Part shown: positions 28,075-40,364 of the stretch, in pieces
Layout of the letters: every line of letters begins with the position of its first letter
Position numbering within the stretch: position 1 is the stretch's first letter
Assembly (NCBI GenBank): GCA_965218295.1
Contig: CBDCKN010000003.1
Coordinates: 416,001 to 480,000, forward strand
Source of the DNA: Longimicrobiales bacterium
GTDB lineage: Bacteria; Gemmatimonadota; Gemmatimonadetes; Longimicrobiales; Gaopeijiaceae
Reading direction: 5' to 3'
DNA length: 64,000 nt
Notes under the pieces: model-generated
The model's database searches: none
What the model was told of the DNA's origin: nothing
What the model saw: the letters and a program-made list of their open reading frames with translations, nothing else
Position numbers and translations under genes: made by a program

Positions 28075-28486
28075 CGCTTTGTCTCCTCATTCGAATGTGA
28101 ATCAACCGAATGACGGCCCCCGTGGATGTCAGTGGGCCGTCCACACCCGATTCGGACTTGCATGAGGCGTGCGAGGGATCCCGGCGGACACGGGCACTGC
28201 TCTTCGGGAAGGCAGGAGGCCGTTTTTCCGCGGGTCACGCCTCTCGGGCGGATGCTGCCTCCACGTTCCACGGAACACCGGAGCCGCGTTTCATTCCCTG
28301 CCGTTGAAACGGACGCTTCCCGCCCCAGGGCCCGGAAAAGCCCGCAATCCGGACCTTTGGACGGAGGGAACGGTTCGTGCATGAGGGGCACGACATCATT
28401 CGAAGCACCAAAGTGCGGCCTTGGCGGGTACCCGGATCATCGATTAGCGTGATCCGGGCCGAAGAGCCGGCCGAAGGAGTAGATTC

Positions 28487-30220
28487 GTGACCTTACAGCG
28501 CTCACTCATGGCCCTTGTGGCCATCGCCCTCTTCGCAGGGCTCATCCCCCTCGCCGTGGTCCTCGACCAGCGTCTCGAGACGGCGCTCGAGCAGAGGGCT
28601 CGCGAGGATCTGGAGCTGGCTCCGCTCGTTCTGGAGAGCCGGGTTCAGGATCTCGCCGGAGGCCGGATGATGCACGCCAAGGAGCTGGGTGCAACGGCCG
28701 GCCTCGCCGCCGCCCTGGCGAACGGCGATCACGAGCGCGCCGAGAGCCTGCTCGCTGCCGCCCCGGGTTATCCGGGTGAGCGTCCCCTCTTGGTAGGTCC
28801 TGGGGGCGGATCCCTGATGGGGCCGCTGCCGCCTACCGCACTCTTGGATCAGACGCGGGACGGGGGCATGCCCGTCTAGGTGATCCTCCTCGGCGACAGC
28901 CTCCTCGCAACGGTTGCCATCGCCCCGATCATGTATGACGGCAGTTGGGTCGGCTCCGCCGGCCTCTGGACCCCCGTTGACATGGACGAGTCCGCCCACC
29001 TGGCCGCCCTGACTCGGACCAACGTCCTGATCTCCTTCGGCGCCGGAACGTTGGGCCCGTACTCGGGCCAGGGTGAAGCGGCCATGGGCCTCCAGGCCAC
29101 GCTGGTGGATCAAGGATCGCCGGAGGGTGAGGTCGTCGAGCTGGAGTGGGAGGGCGATCGGTACCTCCTGCGCACCGCCCTCATGGATGATGCCCGGGTG
29201 ACGTTCGTGAGGAACCTGAACGACGAGATGGCCATCGTCCCCGAGCTTCGGCGGGCGGGCCTGATGTTGTTGATGGCCACCCTCGCCTTCGCCCTGGTAG
29301 TGGGTGGAGCGTTCGCGTCCCGGCTCGCGAGGCCCATCGGAGCCCTGGCGTCTGCCGCGGATCGGCTCGCGGCGGGCGACTTCGACACGCCGGTGCCCGG
29401 CTCCGCGATTCAGGAAGTCGAGCAGGTCCGAGAGGCCTTCAACGTCATGCGGATCGCCCTGGCGGAGCGCATGCAAAAGCTTCAAGAGGCGAACCGAGAG
29501 CTCGCCGACGGTCAGGCTCGGCTCGGCGCGCTCCAGGCCGAGCTGATCCAGCGGGACCGGCTGGCCGCAGCCGGACGGCTTCTCACGACGCTGGCCCACG
29601 AGATACGCAATCCGGTGGCGAACGTGCGTAACTGTCTGGAGATCCTCCGCCGCCGCGTATACACCGATTCGGAGGCGCGGGAGTTCGCCGACATGGCCAT
29701 CGACGAGCTTCTGCGCATGCACGAGCTGGCCGAGCAGATGCTGGATCTGCACCGGCCGCGCGACCCCACCGAGACCGAGTGCGACGCCGGAACCGTGGCG
29801 CAGGAAGTAGCCTCACTGATGCGGGTCGGACTGAGAGACCAGGAGATCGCGGTGTCGGTGACGACCGAGGCATCCGCCGATGCGGCCCTGCCACCCGACA
29901 CGCTCAAGCAGATCCTCCTGAACGTGACACAGAACGCCTGCGAAGCGATCCGGGCAGCCGGTGACGTTCATCTGGACGTACATCGCGAAACCGAAGCGGT
30001 GGTGGTGGAGGTGCAGGACACCGGACCCGGAATCCAGGCCGAGGTCCTGCCCCACATCTTCGACCCGTTCTTCACGACCAAGGCGTCCGTGGACGGGGTC
30101 GGTCTCGGTCTATTCACGGCGGAAGGCCTCCTGCGGGGCGCCGGCGGTCGCATGACGGCCCGCAACCGCGACGACGGCACGGGAGCGATCTTCCGAATCG
30201 AGCTTCCTGCAGCTCCCGTC
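28487..30220 (+). pseudogene. HAMP sensor histidine kinase with in-frame TAG at 28877-28879; 3' end runs into the receiver domain of the next gene
   Basis: ORFs 28487-28879 and 28880-30301 share a frame; LAHEIRNP, QILLNVTQNA, DTGPGI, FDPFFTTK, GVGLGL. Confidence 0.85.
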
Positions 30221-31502
<1,282 letters not shown>

Positions 31503-31508
31503 CTGGCG

Positions 31509-31570
31509 GTGCTGTACGGGGTCGAAGCCACGGACCCGGTCACCTTCGGAGCCGTGGCGGCCATGCTGGT
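31509..31570 (+). pseudogene. C-terminal scar of a MacB-like ABC permease
   Basis: LYGVEATDPVTFGAVAAML is characteristic of that family's last TM region. Confidence 0.5.
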
Positions 31571-31751
31571 CTTCCGCGATCTGTTCGAAGGCGATTTCGA
31601 CGAAGGCTCGGAGCGAGTCGGTGATGCCCTTCCCAACCACGGCTCCGAAGATGCCCGATACGAAGCGCCCATGGCGTGGGTAGCTAGCACCCCCTCAGGG
31701 CGCTTCAGCCGTGGGGCCCCCGCGCCCCCGGCTCGGCCCGAAGCGGGATCG

Positions 31752-32606
31752 CTACTCCGAGACCTCGCCACCCTCGGGCTCCGGTTCCCCACTGGCGGCT
31801 CGTCCCCCGTAGACCTCGGGCACCCAGTTCATGCTTTCGAGCGGTGGGCGACGGTAGTTGGGATCCCGTTGGAGGTCGGGAAGCTCGATGGGATCCTCCG
31901 GGAGATCCTGATACGGAACCGTCTCGAGGAGATGATGGATGCAGTTCAGCCGTGCGTGACGCTTCACATCGGCCTTCACCACGTACCAGGGGGCCTCGTC
32001 GATATCCGTGTAAGTGAACATGGCGTCCTTGGCGCGGGAGTAATCCATCCACCGGGCACGTGAGGCCACGTCCACAGGGCCGACCTTCCAACGCTTCCGC
32101 GGATCGTCCATGCGATCGCGGAGCCGCCGCTCCTGCTCCTCGGCGCTGATGGCGAACCAGTACTTGATGAGAATCATCCCCGAATTGACGAGCATTCTCT
32201 CGAAGTCCGGACAGGACCGAAGAAACTCCCGGTACTCGTCGTCGGTGCAGAACCCCATCACGCGCTCCACCCCCGCCCGGTTGTACCAGCTCCTATCGAA
32301 CAGGACCATCTCTCCGGCGCCAGGCAGATGGGGCGCGTACCGCTGGAAGTACCACTGGCTCTTCTCGCGCTCCGTGGGGATGCCCAGTGCCACGACCCTC
32401 ACAACGCGAGCGTTCAGCCGCTGGGTGATCCGCTTGATGACTCCACCCTTACCGGCGGCGTCACGGCCCTCGAAGATGATGGCCACCCTCATCCGCGTGT
32501 GCTTGATCCAGTCCTGAAGGCTCACGAGCTCCTCCTGCAGCCTGAGGAGCTCGCTCTCGTAGTACTTCTTTTCGATTCGGCCGTCCGGCCTGTATCGCTT
32601 CGTCAT
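31752..32606 (-). CDS. ppk2: Polyphosphate kinase 2
   Basis: FEGRDAAGKGG, QWYFQRY, FDRSWYNRAGVERVMGF, KRHARLNCI. Confidence 0.95.
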   Translation of the reverse strand: MTKRYRPDGRIEKKYYESELLRLQEELVSLQDWIKHTRMRVAIIFEGRDAAGKGGVIKRITQRLNARVVRVVALGIPTEREKSQWYFQRYAPHLPGAGEMVLFDRSWYNRAGVERVMGFCTDDEYREFLRSCPDFERMLVNSGMILIKYWFAISAEEQERRLRDRMDDPRKRWKVGPVDVASRARWMDYSRAKDAMFTYTDIDEAPWYVVKADVKRHARLNCIHHLLETVPYQDLPEDPIELPDLQRDPNYRRPPLESMNWVPEVYGGRAASGEPEPEGGEVSE

Positions 32607-32785
32607 TGTGTGCATCTCCGATGAGATCCGTTCGGTCGGGTAAACATGCTCCCCCGGTGCCACTCCGGTGTACACCAAGATATCGCCGATCTTGGACGGA
32701 GAGTTCCAAAACGATCAACGTTCGTCGCGGGCGAGTCGGAAGGCGCCGTCCTCATGATTTCGCCCGTTTTCTCTGGAGAAGTGAA

Positions 32786-34237
32786 GTGAAGGCCGATACT
32801 GGTTTTCTGCTCTGCATATCAGGCCTGGGAGCCGCCCTGGTGGTCGCCGCAGCCGCACCGGCCCCGGTCGAGCCCGCGGTCGAATGGACTCCCCCGGAGG
32901 CCACGGTCCGGTACGATGGAGTCCGGAGGGTCTTCGAGGCCAAGTGCGTGAGCTGCCATACGGGGTCGGACGCCGCCCGGGGCCTTCGCCTGGACTCGTG
33001 GGAGAGCACCATCGCCGGTTCGGACGAGGGTGAGGCCGTCATCGCGTACGACGCCGCTCGCTCGCTACTCATCGAGCTGACGACCAAGCTGGTGGGTGGC
33101 CCCCACCCGGCCGAGCTCGACGCCGAAGGACTCACAGAGGATGAGGTGTCGCTCCTAAGCGCATGGATCGACGAGGGAGCCCCGTCGGAATCCGGAGAGA
33201 TCCCGTACGCCGACGCGAACCAGCTCCTCTATGCGGCCAACCAGAGCGAGGCCATGGTCTCGGTCATCGATATGGAGACCAACCAGGTCGTCCGCATCGT
33301 CGACCTACAGACGCTGGGCCTTCCGGAGAACGCCTCGCCCCATCACATCGCCGTGGAGCCCGACGGATCGTACTGGTATCTGTCCGTCATCGCGGCGAAC
33401 CAGATCCTCAAGTTCGATCGCCAAAACCAGCTCGTGGCAAGAATCGACTTCGTCAGGCCGGGTCTGCTGGCGCTGGATCCCGAGGGTGAGAATCTCTACG
33501 CCGGCCGCTCCATGGCTGCCGTTTCCCCGCCCCAGGAGATCGGAGTGATCCGCCGCTCGGACATGAGCTTCGAGGAGGTTGGCATCTTCATCCCGAGACC
33601 TCACGCCCTGGCCGTCCAGCCCGGTACCGGAACCGTCTATACCGCCAGCTTGGCCGTCAATCAGATCGCGTCCTACTATCCGGAAGACGAGGCGCTGGAG
33701 CTCACTGACCTCGGGGGTGACCGGCCCCACACCCTCATCGGGTTCGCGACGTCGCCCGACGGTCGGTGGATGGTGGGCACGACCCAGCTGACCGCAACGG
33801 TCTTCGTGTTCGATCTCAAGCGGGCACCCGACATGACTCCGGTGGACACCATCGCCGTGAATGCCGCTCCCTGGCACCCGGTGTTCACGCCCGACGGCCG
33901 CTGGGTCTACGTCGGGAACAACTGGGACAACACGGCGAACGTCATCGACATGGAGACGCGGACCCTCGCCAAGGTCATCGAGGGGAACGGTCTGGCCCAG
34001 CCCCATGGGGCCGCGGTCTCGCCGGACGGAAGCTTCGTGTACATCGGCAGCCGGAACCTCGAAATGCCCGAGGGCCACAGCAAGTACGGCCACATGTACA
34101 CGCCACGCTACGACACGGGCGACAACGCGCGGGCGGGGACCGTGGTCGTGATCGACACCGAGACCCAGGAGATCGTGAAGGTCATCGAGATCGAAGGGTA
34201 CGGTGCCGGGCTGGGGACCGCGGCCCGGATGCCCTGA
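32786..34237 (+). CDS. Secreted monoheme cytochrome c (planctomycete-type) fused to a YVTN/YncE beta-propeller
   Basis: Signal peptide, KCVSCH, LSAWIDEGA, repeated PH..A..PDG..Y blades. Confidence 0.8.
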   Translation: MKADTGFLLCISGLGAALVVAAAAPAPVEPAVEWTPPEATVRYDGVRRVFEAKCVSCHTGSDAARGLRLDSWESTIAGSDEGEAVIAYDAARSLLIELTTKLVGGPHPAELDAEGLTEDEVSLLSAWIDEGAPSESGEIPYADANQLLYAANQSEAMVSVIDMETNQVVRIVDLQTLGLPENASPHHIAVEPDGSYWYLSVIAANQILKFDRQNQLVARIDFVRPGLLALDPEGENLYAGRSMAAVSPPQEIGVIRRSDMSFEEVGIFIPRPHALAVQPGTGTVYTASLAVNQIASYYPEDEALELTDLGGDRPHTLIGFATSPDGRWMVGTTQLTATVFVFDLKRAPDMTPVDTIAVNAAPWHPVFTPDGRWVYVGNNWDNTANVIDMETRTLAKVIEGNGLAQPHGAAVSPDGSFVYIGSRNLEMPEGHSKYGHMYTPRYDTGDNARAGTVVVIDTETQEIVKVIEIEGYGAGLGTAARMP

Positions 34238-34294
34238 GCCGGGCGGGGCGCCGATCGGAGCCCCACCCCAGCATGGCCGAGCCTGAAGGCTAGT

Positions 34295-36187
34295 CTAACG
34301 CATCACCCCCAACACCAAGTGGGACGGATTCCCAGCAGACCGGTAGACGGTCTGGGTGGCCATCTGATAGTCCTCTGGCTGGGCATGATAGATGTCCACG
34401 AAGGTCTGGGGGTTCCGGTCATATGCCGGGAACCACGAGCTCTGCACGTGCACCATGATGCGGTGCCCGGCCAGAAACGTGTGGTATTTGTCCTTCAGAT
34501 CGATATCGATCCGGGTAACCTCTCCGGGTACCATGGGCTCCGGATGCTCCATGCTGCTCCGGAATTTCCCTCGCATGATCTCGCCGGCCACGTGCATCTG
34601 GAAGCCTCCCATGGGCACGCCGCAGGACTCGCTCCGGGGGGCATCGCCGGGATAGACGTCGATGAGCTTTACGATCCAGTCCGAGTCGGTACCGGTGGTG
34701 GAGACGTAGATGTTGGCCAGGATGGGCCCGGCGATGGTCAGGTCCTCGGTCAGGGGCTCCGAGACGTAGGTCAGGACGTCCGGCCGGCTCGACGCGAAGC
34801 GCTGATCCTCGACCTTCCACAGATGCCCAAGCGTAGTCCGAATCTCCGCCGAAAACGGAACCGGGTGATTCGGATCGCTCACGTAGCTGTCGGACGCGTC
34901 GGTGCCTGTTTCGGTCGGCTCGTCGAAGGCAAGGGTGCCGTCCACACGCAGGTAGAGGTTCGTCTGGCTGAGGCCCGGTGGGGGCCAACGGTCGAGGGTC
35001 CTCCACTCGTTGCGTCCGGTCTCGAAGACGACAGCCTCGGGCGCGCTCCAGTCCCCCTCGCCCTTGAGGTGATACCGGAAGAAGGGAAGCTGCACCTGGG
35101 TCTGGAAATCGACGGACGTCGGCGTGTCGAACTCGATGCACCCCAGGTAATCGCCGGCCATGCTCCTCCATCCACCGTGGAGCCAAGGCCCCACGGCAAG
35201 GGTGTTCTGGCTGGCGGGGCTCATCTCCTCGATGGTCCGGTAGATCGACATGGGCCCGTAGAAGTCCTCGGTGTCGAACCACCCCGCGACGTTCAGGACC
35301 GCGTGATCGATGCCGTCCAGGTGCAGCAAGGCATTCTGCCGTTGCCAGTACTCGTCGTACGTCCCGTGCTCCATGAAGTCGTTCCAAGCGATAACGTCGC
35401 CGTGGAAGTACTTGTCGTCGATGCCTGCAGCCGACCCGGCCTCCAGGAAGAACCCGTATCCCCACGGAGTGCCGTAGTCGAAGCGATCCGACCTCGACTC
35501 GGTGGGGCCCGTCCGCACCCGAGCGTTGGACGAGAGCCAGCTGAAGGCGTACATGATCCGGAAGGCGCCGTTGTGGTGCCAGTCGTCGCCGATGAACATG
35601 TCCGAGGGCGACGCCTGTGGGGACGACGCGACCAGTGCAGGGTGCCGGTCCACCATGCCCATGACGGTCTGCCATCCCGGGTACGAGATGCCCCACTGCC
35701 CCACTCTTCCGTTGTCGTTGGGTAAATGCTCCAGGGCCCATTCGATGGTGTCGTAGTTGTCGGTGCTCTCGTCCACGTCACCCGATCCGGGCCGATCCCG
35801 AGCCAGCGGCTTGATCACCTCGAACTCGCCCTCGGAGCGGAATTTCCCGCGGACGTCCTGGAAGACGAAGATGTATCCGTTCCGGTCGAACTCGGCCGTG
35901 GGCCCCAGCGGGGAGAGAAACCGGTCCGGCTCGTACGGCCCGATGGAGTACGGCGTCCTCAAGAGCATCACAGGATACTCCTCGGTGTCGTCCTTAGGGG
36001 CGTACACGATTGTGTAGAGCCGTACACCGTCCCTCATGGGCACCATGTGCTCCGTCTTGACGTAGCTCTCGCGCAGATAGTCCTCGTGGCTCTGCTGTGG
36101 AGTGAGAGTGTCGTCAGCGGCACTCCACAGCGCCGAAGCGGGAAGGAGCAGCACCGCCGCGGACAGGAGTGCGTGAGTGGTCTTCAT
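34295..36187 (-). CDS. CocE/NonD-family hydrolase (S15)
   Basis: VPMRDGVRL, RTPY, QDVRGKFRSEG, WGISYPG, GPWLHG, SSWFPAYDRNPQ. Confidence 0.92.
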   Translation of the reverse strand: MKTTHALLSAAVLLLPASALWSAADDTLTPQQSHEDYLRESYVKTEHMVPMRDGVRLYTIVYAPKDDTEEYPVMLLRTPYSIGPYEPDRFLSPLGPTAEFDRNGYIFVFQDVRGKFRSEGEFEVIKPLARDRPGSGDVDESTDNYDTIEWALEHLPNDNGRVGQWGISYPGWQTVMGMVDRHPALVASSPQASPSDMFIGDDWHHNGAFRIMYAFSWLSSNARVRTGPTESRSDRFDYGTPWGYGFFLEAGSAAGIDDKYFHGDVIAWNDFMEHGTYDEYWQRQNALLHLDGIDHAVLNVAGWFDTEDFYGPMSIYRTIEEMSPASQNTLAVGPWLHGGWRSMAGDYLGCIEFDTPTSVDFQTQVQLPFFRYHLKGEGDWSAPEAVVFETGRNEWRTLDRWPPPGLSQTNLYLRVDGTLAFDEPTETGTDASDSYVSDPNHPVPFSAEIRTTLGHLWKVEDQRFASSRPDVLTYVSEPLTEDLTIAGPILANIYVSTTGTDSDWIVKLIDVYPGDAPRSESCGVPMGGFQMHVAGEIMRGKFRSSMEHPEPMVPGEVTRIDIDLKDKYHTFLAGHRIMVHVQSSWFPAYDRNPQTFVDIYHAQPEDYQMATQTVYRSAGNPSHLVLGVMR

Positions 36188-36294
36188 TATGGGCCTGCCT
36201 CTACGTCGCTGGTGTCGTGAGTCTTGCTCGGTCGTCGGGTACGGCGTGGTGGGGTGGTAGCCTGCGGTAGCGTACCATCCGCCCCTCGATCCTG

Positions 36295-39200
36295 CTAGTC
36301 CGCTTCCGCCTCGGCTTCCGCTTCTGCTGCGGCGTTAGGCGAGGCTCCCGACTCGGCTACCACCTGCGCGGCAGCGTCCAGCTCTGCTTCGGCGTCCGCC
36401 ACGGCCATGCGCACCTTCAGGAGCGTGTCCGGCGTGACGGACATCGAGGTGATGCCGGCATGGACGAGGAAGGGCGGGACCTCATCGGGGTGATCGGAGG
36501 GCGCCTGCCCGCAAATCCCCATGGACAGCCCCTGGGACGTGAACTCCTCGATGGCACGCTGAATCATGCGCTTCACCGCCGGCGAGCGCGCGTCCACCGG
36601 GTAGGCATAGTCCTCCAGGTCGTCTCTCGACACGGCGTACACGGTCTGGACCAAGTCGTTGGACCCGATGGATCCGCCGGTGAGCTGCATCTCGGCGATG
36701 AAGCCCTCGGCATCGATGACGTTGGAGGGAAGCTCCACCATGAGGTAGAGAGGCACTCCCGCCTGGGGCGAGAGCCCGTGGCGATCGAGCTGGCGGATCA
36801 CCTGTGCTCCCTCCTCCGGCGTCCGGCAGAAGGGGATCATGACCTGAAGATTATCCAGCCCGACCTGCTGACGTACCGCCCTGAGCGCGTCGCATTCCAT
36901 ATCGAACGCCGGCAAGAAGCGTGGATCCACGTAACGCGACGCGCCCCGCCATGCGATCATCGGGTTCTCCTCGTGAGGCTCGAATATGCGTCCACCCAGA
37001 AGCTCCCGGTACTCGTTGGACTTGAGGTCCGAGAGCCGTACCAGGACGGGCCGCGGATAGAAGGCGGCGCATATGAGTGCAACGCCGTAAAGCACCTGTT
37101 CAACGAAGAACTGGCGGCGGTCCGCGTAGGCGGGCGTGCGGCGCTCGATGGCCCCCACGAGGGTGTCGAGCTCGTGGTGGTCGAAACTCTCGATCCTCTC
37201 CCGGAAGGGCTCGAGCTCGGGCGCGAGCTCACCCGTGCCCACGAATGTGCGGAGCTCCTCGTAATAGAGGAGCGCCAACGGATGAATCCCCACCTGGGCG
37301 GTCAAGATGAATTCGAGGCGGGCCAGCCCGACCCCGTCGCTGGGTAGTATGGCGTCCTGGAGCGCCTTGGCGGGGAATCCTACGTTGAGCTGCACCTTGG
37401 TACGCAGTGAGGGCAGCTCACCGAGGTCGACACGCTGCACCTCAAAGGGGTGTTCGCCGTCGTAGACCACGCCCGTGTCGCCCTCGGCGCACGATCCGGT
37501 GACCACGCTCAGCGGCTCGAGTATCCCTGTGGCATCGTCGCACCCCACAATGGCGGGAATGCCGAACTCTCGGGCCACGATGGCGGCGTGCGACGTCCGG
37601 CCGCCCTTCTCGGTGACCACCAGGGAGGCATCCTTCATCATGGGCTCCCAGTCCGGCGTCGTGAGCGACGTGACCAGGACGTCTCCGGTATCGAAGACGT
37701 GGGCCTGGGGGGGGATCTCCTCGAGGGCGCGGCCGTCCTTGAGCATGTTCCTGAGCGCCCGCTTCTTCTCGATGACCTCCTGGTAGTCCTTGTAGACCCT
37801 CACCTTTCCTGACCCGATGCGCGTCCCCACCGCCTGGCCGCTCAGGAGAACCTTGCCGTCGCTCCGCAGCTTCTCGGTGAGCGCCTCGTCCATGGAGTAG
37901 GTCTCGAGGATGTTCCTCTGCTCCTCCCCCGAGTGGATGGTCTCGGGACGGGCCTGCACGATGAAGAGATCGCCGCTGTAGCCGTCCTTGGCCCACTCGA
38001 TGTCCATGGGCCTTCCGTAGTGGTCCTCGATGACCAGGGCCATGCGCGCCAGCTCGAGGGCCTCCTCCGAGGTCAGCGACCACACTCGGCGGCGGCTGCC
38101 CTGCACGTCCACGCTCTCGGTGGCGGTACCTCCTTGCGTGGAGTAGACGAGCTTCACGTCCTTGGCGCCCAGCCAGCGGTGAACGACCGCCGAACGCCCT
38201 CTCCGGAGTCCCTCCTTCCAGATGAGAAAGAAGTCTGGGGAGACCGTCCCCTGCACCACCATCTCTCCGAGCCCGTACGACGAGGAGACGTGCACCACGT
38301 TCCGGTTCCCGGACTCCGGGTCCATGGTGAACATCACGCCGGAGGTCGCGATGTCCGACCGCACCATCTTCATGACGACGACCGAGACTGCTCCCTCGAG
38401 AGGGTCCATGCCCCGTGCGAGCTGATAGCTGATGGCGCGCTCCGTGAAGGCGCTGGCGCAGCACTTCTTCCACGCCTCGACGATCTCGACGAGTCCCCTG
38501 ACGTTCAGGTACGAATCGTACTGGCCCGCGAACGAGGCCAGCTCCGAATCCTCGCGAGTGGCCGAGGAGCGCACGGCCGCGTCGACGTCACTACCGTATT
38601 CGAGGCACAGGGCCTCGTACCCTTCGGCGAGAGCGTCCTGAATGGCCCCCGGCACGGGCGTGGCCTTCACCAGGTCCCGCGCCAACTCGGCCCGGGCATT
38701 CATCTCCACGTCGTCGTCGAGGTGGGCGTCCCGGAAGAGCACCTCCAGTGCGGTCCGGAGCGCGGCCGACTGGAGCGCCTTCGAGGCCCCGCGGCCCAAT
38801 GACTCGTGGCCGGTGACATCGTCCCAGGACTCCGGAGAGACCGAAGCGTCGAGGAAGGACGCGTACGCATGGGCCGTGGTGGCGAATCCGTTGGGAACCC
38901 GGATCCCCTTGCCGTCCAGGTTTTGGTACATCTCCCCTAGAGAAGCCGCCTTGCCGCCGACGATCGGGCCGTCCTCGGCGGTGATCTCGCCGAACCAGCG
39001 GGTCAGTGAACCGAGCCCCTCACCGACGATGCTCCCCTCCAGCCCCTCCGAGCTCTCGAGGCTCACGTCCACCGCCGTAGGTTCCTCCTCTGCCCGAGCG
39101 TGCCCGATGGGGGCTTCATTGGACACCTGACCCTCGACCGTGGCGCCCGTGGGTCCCTCAGCGGTCTCGTTGGCGGCACTCTCTGAAGCGGATGGGAACC

Positions 39201-39297
39201 GGTCGAAAGCAGCACCTGGCGAATCTCCGGGAGGGTGAGTCACGGTTGCTAGGCTCCAGTCTGTGGCTGATTGAGTTGGGCAGCCATTACCCGACAC
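36295..39297 (-). CDS. ppsA: Phosphoenolpyruvate synthase (start uncertain; acidic N-terminal extension)
   Basis: VGGKAASLGEM, AVRSSAT.ED..ASFAGQ, DIEWAKD, VQARPET, TSHAAIVAREFG, SIGSNDL, GICGQAPSD. Confidence 0.93.
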   Translation of the reverse strand: MSGNGCPTQSATDWSLATVTHPPGDSPGAAFDRFPSASESAANETAEGPTGATVEGQVSNEAPIGHARAEEEPTAVDVSLESSEGLEGSIVGEGLGSLTRWFGEITAEDGPIVGGKAASLGEMYQNLDGKGIRVPNGFATTAHAYASFLDASVSPESWDDVTGHESLGRGASKALQSAALRTALEVLFRDAHLDDDVEMNARAELARDLVKATPVPGAIQDALAEGYEALCLEYGSDVDAAVRSSATREDSELASFAGQYDSYLNVRGLVEIVEAWKKCCASAFTERAISYQLARGMDPLEGAVSVVVMKMVRSDIATSGVMFTMDPESGNRNVVHVSSSYGLGEMVVQGTVSPDFFLIWKEGLRRGRSAVVHRWLGAKDVKLVYSTQGGTATESVDVQGSRRRVWSLTSEEALELARMALVIEDHYGRPMDIEWAKDGYSGDLFIVQARPETIHSGEEQRNILETYSMDEALTEKLRSDGKVLLSGQAVGTRIGSGKVRVYKDYQEVIEKKRALRNMLKDGRALEEIPPQAHVFDTGDVLVTSLTTPDWEPMMKDASLVVTEKGGRTSHAAIVAREFGIPAIVGCDDATGILEPLSVVTGSCAEGDTGVVYDGEHPFEVQRVDLGELPSLRTKVQLNVGFPAKALQDAILPSDGVGLARLEFILTAQVGIHPLALLYYEELRTFVGTGELAPELEPFRERIESFDHHELDTLVGAIERRTPAYADRRQFFVEQVLYGVALICAAFYPRPVLVRLSDLKSNEYRELLGGRIFEPHEENPMIAWRGASRYVDPRFLPAFDMECDALRAVRQQVGLDNLQVMIPFCRTPEEGAQVIRQLDRHGLSPQAGVPLYLMVELPSNVIDAEGFIAEMQLTGGSIGSNDLVQTVYAVSRDDLEDYAYPVDARSPAVKRMIQRAIEEFTSQGLSMGICGQAPSDHPDEVPPFLVHAGITSMSVTPDTLLKVRMAVADAEAELDAAAQVVAESGASPNAAAEAEAEAEAD

Positions 39298-39503
39298 GAT
39301 CGGGAGTGGTCGACGCTGGGAGGCTTGCGAACCGAGCCGTCTAGCACAAGAGCTCGCACGCTCCCTTCATCCTACAAAGATGTTTTCGATTTCTGGGTGC
39401 CACAACAGAAATGATATGGCACATGAGAGGCCGCCTCCGTCTCTGGAGGGCGGCTCAAGAGTTGCTTCACTGTCGATTGGCGAGGCGACCAGCGGGTTGG
39501 ACG

Positions 39504-39944
39504 CTAGCTGAACAGCGCCTCCAGCTGGTTCAGGCAGCTCCCCCACCCTTCCTCGTGTCCGGCCTTCGCCTCGGCGCTCGGGAAGAGCTCATGGCCAACC
39601 ACCACTTCGGTGGACCCTCCCACGTCGTTGAACTGCACCGTGACGATGGTCTCGCCCACCTTGTGCTCCTCCTGCACCCAATCCCATGTGTAGACCAGCC
39701 GCCTGGGAGCGTCGACCTCCCGGTACTCACCGATGGCCGTGTACTCCTCGCCCTCGGCCCCCCTCATGTGGATGGCGAACCTTCCGCCGACGCGAAGGTC
39801 GGTCTCCACCTTCTCGACCGTGGCGTACTCGGGACAGGACCAGCGCTTCATCTGGTCCGGCTCGGTCCACGCCCGAAACACCGTGTCGGTGTCTGCCTTG
39901 ATCAGGCGGGTGATCTCCAGGGCCGTACTCGTGTCGGTGCTCAT
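39504..39944 (-). CDS. SRPBCC/AHSA1 domain protein
   Basis: VFRAWTEPD..RW, DLRVGG, G.Y.EV..P.RLVYTW, HEEGW. Confidence 0.88.
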   Translation of the reverse strand: MSTDTSTALEITRLIKADTDTVFRAWTEPDQMKRWSCPEYATVEKVETDLRVGGRFAIHMRGAEGEEYTAIGEYREVDAPRRLVYTWDWVQEEHKVGETIVTVQFNDVGGSTEVVVGHELFPSAEAKAGHEEGWGSCLNQLEALFS

Positions 39945-40297
39945 TCTTCTTCCTCCTCCTCTTCAGATGTTGCCGCGTGCGGTTCGAGATAGCGGGCGAG
40001 CGAGTCGAGTTGGCTCTCCCAGTACCGTCGGTATCGCTCGACCCAGGCGGCCGCTTCCTGCATGGGAGCCGCATCCAGCTCACAGCGGCTGATCCGTCCA
40101 TCGGGCGTCCGGCTCACAAGGCCTGCCCTCTCCAGGACTCGCAGGTGCTTCGAGATGGCCGGCCGCGATACGTCGAAGGGCCGCGCCAGCTCTCCCACCG
40201 TCGCCTCGCCTTGGGCGAGGCGTGCGAGGATAGCCCGCCGTTTGGGATCCGACAGGGCGCCGAACGTGAGGTCGAGCTTCCTACTATTAGTAACCAT
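39941..40297 (-). CDS. ArsR/SmtB-family regulator
   Basis: FGALSDPKRRAIL, ATVGELA.PF..SRPAISKHLRVLE.AGL. Confidence 0.9.
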   Translation of the reverse strand: MVTNSRKLDLTFGALSDPKRRAILARLAQGEATVGELARPFDVSRPAISKHLRVLERAGLVSRTPDGRISRCELDAAPMQEAAAWVERYRRYWESQLDSLARYLEPHAATSEEEEEEE

Positions 40298-40305
40298 ATG
40301 GTTAC
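40290..40305. promoter_or_regulatory. Perfect 16-bp palindrome over the ArsR start codon (probable autoregulatory operator)
   Basis: GTAACCATATGGTTAC. Confidence 0.7.
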
Positions 40306-40364
40306 CAATATACACGCAGCACGCCTTTGATCAAGAGCGCGGTCGAGTCAATATGCTCTCGGGG

